A DNA stretch of 62,991 nt, the filler included, from Chlamydiales bacterium (GTDB lineage: Bacteria; Chlamydiota; Chlamydiia; Chlamydiales; JACRBE01), in the NCBI GenBank assembly GCA_016213235.1. It is 6 parts of 6 records of this genome, joined end to end, with 100 filler letters (N's around TTAATTAATTAA, not from the genome) between each part and the next. Parts side by side here need not be neighbours in the genome. Positions count along the whole stretch, not along the records: positions 31,849 to 43,890 come from JACRBE010000020.1; positions 43,991 to 56,469 come from JACRBE010000022.1; 4 more parts are not named here. One strand, 5' to 3'. A program made the translations under genes and the position numbers. Under the pieces are notes generated by a model. That model did no database searches. It saw only the letters and a list, made by a program, of their open reading frames with translations, and had not been told where the DNA came from. Each line of letters starts with the position of its first letter. The stretch's first letter is position 1. Shown in pieces: positions 40,729 through 50,849 of this stretch.

Positions 40729-41915
40729 GTTAATCCTTTATAAATAGGAAGATCCACATAAAATGTGGTTCCTTTGTTCCCGTTATCCATAAAACCGATT
40801 CTTCCATTTAATTGCTCTACAATAGTTTTACAAATGTATAAACCAAGACCGGTCCCTCCCACCAAACGTGCATCATGGTTGGCTATTTGAAAAAATGGGG
40901 TAAATATATTTTTCTTTTCTTCCTGTGGGATCCCTTTCCCTTGATCGCTTATACAAATACGAATATTGTTATCTATAATTTGTACAGAAACAGACACTTC
41001 AGTGTGTGCTGGGGAGTTTTTGATAGCATTGGAGAGCAAATTAGTCATCACCTGAATCATGCGATTTTCATCTATAAAAACCAGACTATCTGGATAAGGG
41101 GTCCTTTCAACCACCAAAATTGCAAAGTTACACGCCATTTCTTTTAAAACAGCGATAGACTCTTTTATAATCTTGCCAATAGGAGTAGGCTTAAATTCCA
41201 TTTTCAATTTACCAGCCTGGATTTTCCCAATATCAACAATATCATTAATAATCGTGTTAAGACGACTTGATGAGCGGTAAGCAACGGACAGGAGTTCTTT
41301 CATCTTTGCCGAGAGGTCTTTGTCAATAAGGATGAGGCCAAGTGCACCATGGATGGAAGTAAGAGGTGTTCGCAGCTCATGGCCGAGGATCGCCATCTGC
41401 TCATTTTTTGCTTTGATTGCAGCCTCCCAAGCGACATCTTCCCGGATGAGTGCTTCAGCGATTTTTTTATTGGTAATATTGCATATTATTCCTGTAAATA
41501 ACCGCTTATTTTTAACAATCACTTCACTAACGGCTAGGTCAATGGGAAATATAGTACCATCTTTCCTTCTGCCAGTAGCTTCTCTTCCAATACCAATAAT
41601 CTTTGCTTTTCCCGTTGTAATATAGTTATGGACATACCTATTATGCTCACTACGAAATGGCTCTGGCATGAGCATCGTAACTTCCTTACCTATAGCTTCC
41701 TCTTTTGTATAACCAAACATTTTCTCGGCACTTTTATTAAAAACCAAAATAATAGATTCTTCATTGATCGTAACAACCCCATCCACCGTTGTATCAAGAA
41801 TAGCTCGAAGGTTTTCAATGCTTAACGCCTCTTCCTCCAAAGAAGAAGGAAAGAGTCGATTTTTGATTTTATGCCAAAACCCGGCTTCTTTTTTATGAAA
41901 AAAGGGACAACTCAT
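40725..41915 (-). CDS. Cytoplasmic PAS sensor histidine kinase (FixL-like PAS)
   Basis: PAS LMPEPFRSEH..IIGIGR..GRRKDGTIFP, H-box GHELRTPL, NLLSNAIK, DQGKGI, GGTGLGL. Confidence 0.92.
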   Translation of the reverse strand: MSCPFFHKKEAGFWHKIKNRLFPSSLEEEALSIENLRAILDTTVDGVVTINEESIILVFNKSAEKMFGYTKEEAIGKEVTMLMPEPFRSEHNRYVHNYITTGKAKIIGIGREATGRRKDGTIFPIDLAVSEVIVKNKRLFTGIICNITNKKIAEALIREDVAWEAAIKAKNEQMAILGHELRTPLTSIHGALGLILIDKDLSAKMKELLSVAYRSSSRLNTIINDIVDIGKIQAGKLKMEFKPTPIGKIIKESIAVLKEMACNFAILVVERTPYPDSLVFIDENRMIQVMTNLLSNAIKNSPAHTEVSVSVQIIDNNIRICISDQGKGIPQEEKKNIFTPFFQIANHDARLVGGTGLGLYICKTIVEQLNGRIGFMDNGNKGTTFYVDLPIYKGLT

Positions 41916-42059
41916 ATTTGTAACCAAGCAGTGTTAATTGCATTTAATTCCTCTGTATTAAACAAATCAACAAAAAAAATATAAAGATTAATTTTTACAT
42001 ATTTTTTGTGTTTGTATTAAGATGAAACGTGCAGCGTATAGCAAATAATAGAATCATCC

Positions 42060-43890
42060 ATGACGATCCGCTTTTCAAAACCATTTTTAGCCACACTCTT
42101 CATCTATAATATTTATCTTATCGGTATAGAAGCCCCCTCCCCTATTACAGAGGAGGTAAAAGAAACACCCTCTATAGAAACAGAGTTAACTCTTCATCTT
42201 CTACAAGATAAAAAACTTCCTAATGATCCTTTATATTGGTATCAGCTTGGACTCGTTTATATTCAACTACATGATTTAAACCATGCTGAAAAAAGCTTAA
42301 AGCGATCGATTGATGAAGATACACATTTTACACCGGCATATATCCAACTGGGCTATCTCTATTTATGGAATGATGAGCTATCAAAAGCAGTTTCATCTTT
42401 TTCTACAGCACTAGAGCAGGAACCATGCAATGAAAATGCTTTAATTGGTATAGAGAAAATTGCTAGCATATGGAGAAAAAAACGTGGCTATAAACAACAA
42501 GCCATCGATTTATATAAGAAACTACTCTCTTGTAGAGAAACTGATGCTGACTATCTCTTTTATTTAGGTACTCTTTTTGCACACACGGGACAATTAAAAC
42601 AGGCGGAGAAGGCACTCAAGCATTGCCTTGCTATTGTCCCTACCTATACAGATGCAGCCTTTCAACTCGCAAGCGTATATATATGGCAAAAAAAATGGGA
42701 CCTTGCCATTAGCATTTATGAAAAATATCCAGATAGGATAGAAGCAGAGGAGGGCCTTGCAAGAATTAGCTTTTTACAAGAAAACTATGCAAAAGCAGAG
42801 ATACAATACAAAGAGATACTAAGTAAAGATCCAAGCAACTTAAATGCAAGAAAAGGCCTTGCTCGCTCTGATGCAGCTCAACTGCATTATAAAGATGCAA
42901 AAAAACAATATAAGCTGCTACAAAAAACTCCTGGGTACCAAGAAATTAATGCAGCAGAGATTTTTGATACGAAATCTCATACTAATATTGCTGCGCTATT
43001 AGAAGCAGACTATACCGTTGCAAAAGAAAACGATCCCACCATACAACTACCTGTTGTCAAAGATTACTATCTGAATACTGGATTGTGGCTTTTATTTCCT
43101 ATCTTTGATCAATGGAGAATCGATGCAAAAGGTATCTTTTACCACCAAAAGGAACTTGATATTTTACCTCCTGTCGGACTTAATTATGATGTAAACCTTG
43201 GTGGCGCTCAACTTGTTTCTCATTATTATTTTCTGAAAGATTGGAAATGGGATGTGGTTGCTAGAGTATTAAGAGGATGGCAGGCAGAAGACGGAGCCTA
43301 TCCTTTTAATACGACAACCCGTTTTGAGCCGGGAACCTCTATCCTCTATAACAGTGAAAGACAACTGCTACTATTAGATGGCCACTATGAATCTTTTATT
43401 ACCAAAAACTTTTCGAACTTTCATGCACAGCAAATCACCACAGCTGTCTTAGAAGGTAGATATGGGTATCGCTTTGATATGCATCTAAGACCGGAAATAA
43501 CCGGATGGCTTAACCATATGTTTTATCATGATAGCGTCCATAACCAGCGATCCTCTCAAAATATTAAGCTGAAAATCGATGTACCTTTTTTAGATCCTTT
43601 CCTGTTTGCTACCTATTTGTTTGAACATAGTTCCTTTAGAACACTAACAACCAGTTATTTTTCTTATAAAGATCAGTGGCGCAATACCGTAGGAGGACTT
43701 ATCCATTTTCAGTTTTCCCCAAGGTTTTACTGGGACGCTTTTTATGAGCGTCAATGGCAGCTCACAGAGCAATTATTTCAACCTATTGGAAACTTTGTGT
43801 TTATTGCGGCTCGTCAGTTTTTAATCGGAAATAAAGTAGGAGGAGCTCTTACCTACTACCTAACAAATTTCTTGCAGGTTAATATCAGTG
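42060..43890 (+). CDS. Exported TPR protein with C-terminal outer-membrane beta-barrel-like region, truncated
   Basis: Signal-like N-terminus, multiple TPRs (WYQLGLVY, AYIQLGYLY, YLFYLG), aromatic amphipathic strands in the C-half. Confidence 0.75.
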
Positions 43891-43990
43891 NNNNNNNNNN
43901 NNNNNNNNNNNNNNNNNNNNNNNNNNNNNNNNNNTTAATTAATTAANNNNNNNNNNNNNNNNNNNNNNNNNNNNNNNNNNNNNNNNNNNN
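43891..43990. other. Artificial contig linker
   Basis: N44-TTAATTAATTAA-N44. Confidence 0.98.
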
Positions 43991-45082
43991 CTGTTCTTCC
44001 GTGTATCCACAAGAAGAAATTTCGGGTATTGTATAAATCCCTATAGGAAATTGTTTAGGAAAGTGATGTGTTTCCTCACCAAATGCATGTCTTGCAGCAA
44101 GTCTACCCTGCTCCATGATAGTTGCAGCAAGGGCTGGTTGTCCTATTACATCACCTACCGCATAAATATGTGATCTAGCTGTTTGAAACAAAGGGTTTAT
44201 AGGGATAAAACCATGTTCATCTAGAGTAATCTGTGCTTTTTCAATATCTAGACCCACCACATTTGCCTCTCTACCTAGAGCATATAAAAACATATCTGCA
44301 GAAAGTGTTGTGCTATCTTTAAATTCTACTGTTACCTGCTTATCTGCTATGTTTATTTGGTGGAATTGCTTCTGTCCATAAAAAACAAGCCCTAAATTTG
44401 ACAAATAATTTTGCAAATGAGTACCAATTTCTCGATCAAGAAGTGGTAAAATATGCTCTCCTCTATCTACTAAAAACACCTTTGTTCCAAGTGCGGCAAA
44501 AAAACTTGCATACTCAGAACCAATGATTCCAGCTCCCATCACAATGATTGTTTTTGGTAGATGATCAATAGAAAGAAGCCTTGTAGAATCCAAAATCATA
44601 TTATTATCAAAGGGAATATTGGAAGGATTTCTAGGCTGAGAACCTGTTGCAATAATAATCTTATCTGCAATAACTGTATCAGTAAATTCCCCTTGTTTAT
44701 TACTAATAATAATCTTGTTTTCATCCACAAAGGAGGCATTACCATGAATGATGTCGATATGATTTTTAGAAAACTGTTTTTTTAATCCCTCTCTCAATAA
44801 TCCAAGCGTCTTTGTTAAATGATAATTTAAATCATTAATCGATATGTCTTTGGTTTCTAGAGGTTTAGCATAAAAGCTTTTATGGTAAAAGTTTGTAAGA
44901 TCAAGAATAGCCTCTCTTAGAGATTTTGATGGAATCGTACCAGAATTAAGTGACGTTCCACCAATGTGCTCATCTTGCTCTATTACCATGACCTTCTTGC
45001 CAAGCTTCGCCGCTTGAATGGCAGCTTTTTGGCCTCCAGGTCCTGATCCAATAACTAAACAGTCTACATGATGTTCTTTCAC
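43991..45082 (-). CDS. sthA: Soluble pyridine nucleotide transhydrogenase, 3'-truncated
   Basis: IGSGPGGQKAAIQAAK, GTIPSKSLREA (no redox Cys pair), GAGIIGSEY, GIYTIPEIS. Confidence 0.9.
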
Positions 45083-45228
45083 GTTCCCCCTTTATGAAAA
45101 ACACACCACCAAAAAAAAACGAGTCAAAAAATTTTTTTACATTTTTTTTTTGAAAAAATCAAATAGAACTTGTCGGATAACGAATCGATTGCTATCATAA
45201 TCCGCTTATCGAATTGGAGATAGGTGTC

Positions 45229-45504
45229 ATGTCAAAAAAGTGCCAAATTACTGGAAAAATACCGAGAAGAGGCAAAACCTACACAAAACGTGGGATTGCA
45301 AAAAAGAAAAAAGGGATTGGTCTTAACATTACCGGTTGTACAAAAAGACGATTTTTACCAAACCTCATGAAAAAACGATTCTGGTTTCCGGAAGAAGAGA
45401 GATTTGTAACAATCAAAGTATCTGCTAATGGTCTAAGAATTCTAGACAAAAAGGGAATATCTGAAATTGTGGCGCAGCTTCGCTTGCAAGGTCAACGAGT
45501 ATAA
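45229..45504 (+). CDS. rpmB: 50S ribosomal protein L28
   Basis: MSKKCQITGK, TKRRFLPNL. Confidence 0.95.
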   Translation: MSKKCQITGKIPRRGKTYTKRGIAKKKKGIGLNITGCTKRRFLPNLMKKRFWFPEEERFVTIKVSANGLRILDKKGISEIVAQLRLQGQRV

Positions 45505-46417
45505 GACACAACTCTTTTACCTCATCTTTGTTTTATATTGTGCCTTGCATATTTATTTAACATATCAAATCCCGCTTCCTGAAGAAGATGGGATTTTTTT
45601 TTATTCTAGTAATTCATATTCTTTAGAGCGCGTAGTAACAAAATGGATGGAATGCGCAAAAGAATCAATTGATATTGAGTGTTATATGATCACGGACAAA
45701 AAATGGATCGCTCAATTAATCAACAAAGCCAGGCAAGGCATCAACATTCACATTTATCATCATTATGATCATCCCCTTTCTTTAAAAGGTTTGCATGAAA
45801 ACATTATTGTAACTCCTTCTAAAAGAAAAAGTTTAATGCACAAAAAGCTAATTATGGTGGATAAAAAGCTTTGTTTAATTGGCAGCACCAACCTCACACA
45901 AGCCTCACTGCTAATGCATGACAATATGATGATAGGTATTCATTCTAAAGAAATTGGTGCAGCAATTGCAAGTCATGTAGATTATTTTTCTCATCATCAT
46001 CTACAGCTATTTAATCTACCTTCTAGCGCCTCTTTATTTGTAAAAAAGATCATCGAAGAGATCAACATGGCAAAAAAACAGATCACGGTCTGTATGTTTT
46101 GTTTATCGGAAAAAAAGATTATTTCTTCTTTATGCCGCGCTATAGAAAGAGGAGTAAGCGTAGATCTATTTATTGATGGGCACACGTACCAATATCCTTG
46201 GAAAGAGATTCCAACTATGGTAAAAATAATCAAAAATAAGAATCTGATGCACCATAAATTTGCACTTATTGATGACCATATGTTGATTTTTGGATCAGCT
46301 AATTGGACGAAGAATGGTCTTTCTAAAAACGAAGAGTATGGAGTTATGATAAAAAACCCAGACCTGCTTTTAATAAATCAATTTAAACAAACAATTAAAA
46401 AGATAAATCAAAATTAG
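45467..46417 (+). CDS. Phospholipase D superfamily protein
   Basis: Two HKD motifs (HKKLIMVD..GSTN, HHKFALID..GSAN). The start codon is uncertain. Confidence 0.88.
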   Translation: MWRSFACKVNEYKTQLFYLIFVLYCALHIYLTYQIPLPEEDGIFFYSSNSYSLERVVTKWMECAKESIDIECYMITDKKWIAQLINKARQGINIHIYHHYDHPLSLKGLHENIIVTPSKRKSLMHKKLIMVDKKLCLIGSTNLTQASLLMHDNMMIGIHSKEIGAAIASHVDYFSHHHLQLFNLPSSASLFVKKIIEEINMAKKQITVCMFCLSEKKIISSLCRAIERGVSVDLFIDGHTYQYPWKEIPTMVKIIKNKNLMHHKFALIDDHMLIFGSANWTKNGLSKNEEYGVMIKNPDLLLINQFKQTIKKINQN

Positions 46418-46475
46418 CCCTATACTTTTTTTTCAAAATAAACTAATTGTTATTTTATAAATCAAAGTTAACGCT

Positions 46476-47090
46476 ATGAAACATTTTGGTAATGAAGGCC
46501 TCGATATTCTATCCCTATCTCTTTCCCTTTTTCTATTAATGGATGGGATTGGGAATGTACCTCTTTATCTAGTTTATTTAAAAAACATACCCCCTAGAAA
46601 ACAGCTCTTTGTCATTATACGGGAGTTATTGATCGCTCTCTTTGTCATTGTTCTTTTTTCTTATTTAGGTGAATTTCTATTAAATTTGCTTAATATCTCT
46701 CAACCATCACTGCTTATTTCGGGAGGCATGATCCTCTTTATTATTGCTCTTCGTATGATTTTTCCTCCGGCAGATAGGGATGCAGGGCTAAAAATACGGG
46801 AACCATTTATCGTACCGCTGGCCATCCCTTTTATTGCAGGGCCATCTGTACTGGCAGCGGTAATGATTTATTCCAAACATTCAGCAAATCACTGGATTTT
46901 GCTCTTCTCTATTTTAATTGCCTGGGTTTTTACCACCATGGTGCTGCTGTGTTCTTCCATATTAAAAAAGTGTTTGGGCGATAAGGGACTTTCGGCCTTA
47001 GAGTGTTTAATGGGTCTTATCCTGACACTGATCTCTGTTCAAATGTTCTTGGAAGGCATATCCTTGTTTGTGAAAGGCCATTGTCTGTAA
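46476..47090 (+). CDS. MarC family membrane protein
   Basis: DGIGNVP, ISGGMILF, FIVPLAIPFIAGPS, LMGLIL. Confidence 0.9.
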   Translation: MKHFGNEGLDILSLSLSLFLLMDGIGNVPLYLVYLKNIPPRKQLFVIIRELLIALFVIVLFSYLGEFLLNLLNISQPSLLISGGMILFIIALRMIFPPADRDAGLKIREPFIVPLAIPFIAGPSVLAAVMIYSKHSANHWILLFSILIAWVFTTMVLLCSSILKKCLGDKGLSALECLMGLILTLISVQMFLEGISLFVKGHCL

Positions 47091-47106
47091 CCAAATTAAA
47101 TCCATC

Positions 47107-47541
47107 CTAACAAGGGTTAAATAGATGAGCGCCTGTATCAACAAAATCTTGGGTATTCTCAGTAACAAGAATAAGATGATGTTGAATAGCTGATGCTGCT
47201 AGCAAAGAATCAATAACCGGCAAAAGCTTTCCGCTCCTTTGAGTATTGCCACAAAGTTGCCCCCAAATTGAAACAGTTTGTATATCAATAGATAAAATAC
47301 GGTTTTCAAAACGAGGAATAAGTTTTCCAACAAGCCAATCTTCAAGGATCATTTTGTAATGATTGTCTTGATTACCTAATTTTGCTATCCCTTTTTGTAT
47401 TTCTCCAATAGTAAGTACATTGATAAAATAACTTGATTCTAAATGCGAATCAACCCATTCCTCTAATTTTTTATTTGGAGTTGTTTTGATTTTTCTTAAT
47501 TTTGACACAATACAGGTATCTAACAAGTAAGTCATAGGCAA
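47107..47541 (-). CDS. vapC: Type II toxin, VapC/PIN domain
   Basis: YLLDTCIVS, TIGEI, IDSLLAA, LVTENTQDF. Confidence 0.9.
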   Translation of the reverse strand: MPMTYLLDTCIVSKLRKIKTTPNKKLEEWVDSHLESSYFINVLTIGEIQKGIAKLGNQDNHYKMILEDWLVGKLIPRFENRILSIDIQTVSIWGQLCGNTQRSGKLLPVIDSLLAASAIQHHLILVTENTQDFVDTGAHLFNPC

Positions 47542-47822
47542 ATATCCCTTCCTAAATCTTTATTACGCTCTAGGTCAAGATCAAGATCCGAAAGAGGTGC
47601 TTCTTGAAAAAACTCTAAAAGAGGTCCTTTCAAGATGCTTATTTTATCAAATTCTTCTTTGGACATAACCACAACAACAGGAATACCGTTTCTCGTTATC
47701 GTATGATAACCATCTTGTTCTACTTCTTTTACAAGTTGTGAAAAGCGGGTTTTCGCCTCCTGTAACTGCCATACCTTGTGTACCCTTCTAGCACGAGTAC
47801 GGTTTTTTCTAATTTTTGACAT
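47532..47822 (-). CDS. Type II antitoxin, Phd/YefM family
   Basis: WQLQEAKTRFSQLV, ITRNG.PVVVV. It overlaps the toxin start. Confidence 0.9.
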   Translation of the reverse strand: MSKIRKNRTRARRVHKVWQLQEAKTRFSQLVKEVEQDGYHTITRNGIPVVVVMSKEEFDKISILKGPLLEFFQEAPLSDLDLDLERNKDLGRDICL

Positions 47823-47833
47823 ATATATCCAAT

Positions 47834-47856
47834 CTAGTCAGACTAGGCTTAGTCTA
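47834..47856 (-). promoter_or_regulatory. Putative TA operator overlapping the -10 box
   Basis: Overlapping inverted repeats CTAGTC-A-GACTAG and AGACTA-GGCT-TAGTCT. TAGACT on the minus strand is -10-like. Confidence 0.55.
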
Positions 47857-48151
47857 ACAAATGCTGAATAAATAAGCTAATATTTTATAATAGCCTAACT
47901 ATAAATCGATTACAATGCAGCAACCAATTTCACATGCTCTTCCACATTAAAAAACGATTAAGACAAGTACTTTCTTCCCTAGCATGTTTATTTAATAGGA
48001 AATTAACTATGCTTAACATACAATTGTGCCTTTTCTAGTTAATTCTATTAGCTGAAGGAATTGTATGATTACAGAAAGATGGTATAAAAATGACCTTTAT
48101 CGATGATGAAGAGAATTGTTTTAAACTGATATACAATCTTCATTAAATCTC

Positions 48152-48886
48152 ATGCAATATAAAATCACTCTATCTTATGATGGCACCTCCTACTTTGGTT
48201 GGCAAAAAACCATCGAAGGACCATCGATTGAATACCTTGTAGAAAGAGCTCTTTTTACTATTTTTCAAAGAAACGTCTCCTTGCAGGTCGCTTCACGAAC
48301 AGACCGTGGCGTTCATGCAATGCAGCAAGTAGCCAGTTTTTCTTCAGATATACCCATTGCAACAGACGATACGATCTATCGCCTGAATCGTATATTACCT
48401 GTAGATATAAGAATATCCGGTATCGTGCAAATAGATGATAACTTTCATCCTTCTACCAATGCTAAATCCAAAACGTATGAGTATTGGATTTCCAATACTG
48501 CCTTTCAATCCCCTTTTCATCGCCACTATTATTGGCATATAAGTGATCCTCTCCCACTACCTGTAATAGAAGAATCCATCCAATATTTTATTGGTAAAAA
48601 AGATTTTGGATGTTTTTGTAATGATCCTTCTACCAGGCCGGAAGATACTATTCGAGAAGTATTCGATATTCAACTGCATCAATCATCACAAAATTACATA
48701 ATAGAGGTAACAGGAAATCGCTTTTTATATAAAATGGTTAGAAATATAGTTGGAACACTGGTGTATATGGGCCAGGGTAAACTTAATATTCCTATATTAC
48801 TTGAAGCAATGGAAAAAAAAGATCGAACAAAGCTTGGAATAACCGCCCCAGCCCATGGTCTATTTTTAAAAAAGGTAAATTATTAA
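48152..48886 (+). CDS. truA: tRNA pseudouridine(38-40) synthase
   Basis: YDGTSYFGWQ, SRTDRGVHA, FLYKMVRNIVG, TAPAHGLFL. Confidence 0.95.
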   Translation: MQYKITLSYDGTSYFGWQKTIEGPSIEYLVERALFTIFQRNVSLQVASRTDRGVHAMQQVASFSSDIPIATDDTIYRLNRILPVDIRISGIVQIDDNFHPSTNAKSKTYEYWISNTAFQSPFHRHYYWHISDPLPLPVIEESIQYFIGKKDFGCFCNDPSTRPEDTIREVFDIQLHQSSQNYIIEVTGNRFLYKMVRNIVGTLVYMGQGKLNIPILLEAMEKKDRTKLGITAPAHGLFLKKVNY

Positions 48887-48903
48887 TAACGAAGTGATGC
48901 AGT

Positions 48904-49779
48904 ATGATTTCTAGAAATGACCCCTGTTGGTGTGGTAGTGGAAAAAAATGGAAAAAATGTCATTATCCTGAAGAAGCTAATGAGACGTTTGAAGCAAAAG
49001 CTAGGCGATATTATAAAACTTACGGTATTCTCTTAAAAACAAAAGATCAAATCCAAGGCATTAGATATGCCTGCAGACTTGCTGCTAATATCTTAAAAAA
49101 GACATGTGAAAAAGCCAAAGAGGGCGTCACAACACTAGAATTAAATGATTATGCACATCAATTGCATGTAGCGGCAAATGCAAGGCCAGCCCCTTTAGGC
49201 TATGGTGATCCCCCTTTTCCAAAAAGTATTTGTACCTCTTTAAATGAGGTCATTTGTCATGGTATACCCGATGATACCAAGTTAAAAAAGGGTGATATTC
49301 TAAATATTGATGTCACCTGTCATATCAACGGGTACTTTGGAGATTGTTCTGCTATGGTATGCATAGGAGAAATATCTGAAGAAAAAAGAAGAGTAGTAGA
49401 AGCTTCTTATGAATGTTTAAAAAGATCCATTCAAATTTTAAAACCAGGTGTTTTATTAAAGGAAATTGGAGATACCATTGAAGAGTGCGCAAAAAGCTAT
49501 CAGTGCTCTGTGGTTAATCAATTTGTTGGACATGGTGTTGGTGTTTTATTTCATGAGCCTCCACAGATTTTACATAGCCATAATAAATCAGAAGTACCGC
49601 TTGCAGAAGGGATGACGTTTACGATTGAGCCGATGATTAATGCTGGTAAGCGGGAAGGCTATATAGATCCTATTGATCGCTGGACGGCAAGGACTGTGGA
49701 TGGCAAACCAAGCGCTCAGTGGGAACATACTATTGTCATTACAAGAGATGGTGCTGAAGTGTTAACCATCCCTGATTAA
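48904..49779 (+). CDS. map: Methionine aminopeptidase with N-terminal SEC-C motif
   Basis: RNDPCWCGSGKKWKKCH, ICHGIP, GHGVG..FHE, FTIEPM, SAQWEHT. Confidence 0.95.
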   Translation: MISRNDPCWCGSGKKWKKCHYPEEANETFEAKARRYYKTYGILLKTKDQIQGIRYACRLAANILKKTCEKAKEGVTTLELNDYAHQLHVAANARPAPLGYGDPPFPKSICTSLNEVICHGIPDDTKLKKGDILNIDVTCHINGYFGDCSAMVCIGEISEEKRRVVEASYECLKRSIQILKPGVLLKEIGDTIEECAKSYQCSVVNQFVGHGVGVLFHEPPQILHSHNKSEVPLAEGMTFTIEPMINAGKREGYIDPIDRWTARTVDGKPSAQWEHTIVITRDGAEVLTIPD

Positions 49780-50849
49780 TAAGAAAATACTTGTGATTTT
49801 TTATACTTAACAACATTTTCAATTGCTGAGTGCGAAACATCATAAAAACTGAATAAAAGCTCATCATCGCTGATTCGCATTTTTTTCTTATCTTGTTTTT
49901 TCTGTTCCGTTTTGTCTTCTTGTAACAGCTCTAATTGATGACATTTTACTCTAAGTGCATTGATCTCGTCTAAAAGATCTTTTTGAGATTGCTTACTTAC
50001 CTCCTGTAACAACTCTAGCTGCTGATTTTTTGCACGAATACCTTCTAACTCACCTTGCAGTTTATCCCACTCTTCATCTGCCACAACAGTCGTTTCTTTT
50101 ATCTCTTGCAAATGCGCCATACCCTGCTTAAGAGCATCAATTTCATCTAAACACTTTATCCATTCTTCTTCAGCAACAGATGTTTTATCAATCGTCTTTT
50201 GTAACTGATCTTTTTCTTGCCTTAATGATGTAATTGATATGCTCAATTGACTGTTTTCCTTTTGCATCGCAATGGCATCAAGCGAACTTACTCTTATCAG
50301 CTCTTCTAATGATTTTCTTTCTAAATCCCAAGTACTCAGTTGCAACGTGAGGTTGTCTTCCTCTTCTTGCAATTGTACTTTCATCTCTTCATATTTATCA
50401 GAAAGAGTCTCAAATCTTTTATTCCACAAAGCACCCTCTTCTTTTGCTTTATTAAAATTCTTTAAGAAGGTCTCTTTATCAGAGTAAAATTCTTCTACAG
50501 ATAATAAAAATACAATAAAACTCAGTACAAACGAGAGAAAAAAACATATCTTAAGCGATGAGGAACACGATACTTTAACAAAGATTGGATAGATGAGTAG
50601 CAGGGTAGAAAAAACAAAACCGAGCAAACGAAGACGATACGTAACAACTAAACCAAGAGATAAAATAAAACCCATTACAATGGCAATATCACTAAAAAAC
50701 GATAGAAAAAATGAGCCACTTAAAATGGTAAAAACCGGCCCGATAAGTAACCAAAAAGGAAATAATGCCTCCTTAGCAGAAAAAACAGTGTCTACGAGTG
50801 TGGTCCAAAAAGACCTGCGTTTTTTATTTTCTAAAATATATTCATTCAT
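49776..50849 (-). CDS. Multi-TM membrane protein with long coiled-coil tail
   Basis: About 4 TMs followed by roughly 200 aa of heptad-rich sequence. Confidence 0.75.
   Translation of the reverse strand: MNEYILENKKRRSFWTTLVDTVFSAKEALFPFWLLIGPVFTILSGSFFLSFFSDIAIVMGFILSLGLVVTYRLRLLGFVFSTLLLIYPIFVKVSCSSSLKICFFLSFVLSFIVFLLSVEEFYSDKETFLKNFNKAKEEGALWNKRFETLSDKYEEMKVQLQEEEDNLTLQLSTWDLERKSLEELIRVSSLDAIAMQKENSQLSISITSLRQEKDQLQKTIDKTSVAEEEWIKCLDEIDALKQGMAHLQEIKETTVVADEEWDKLQGELEGIRAKNQQLELLQEVSKQSQKDLLDEINALRVKCHQLELLQEDKTEQKKQDKKKMRISDDELLFSFYDVSHSAIENVVKYKKSQVFSY

Noticed and set aside
48904..48966. SEC-C zinc motif fused to Map
   Set aside because: A known architecture of chlamydial and some other bacterial Map proteins.
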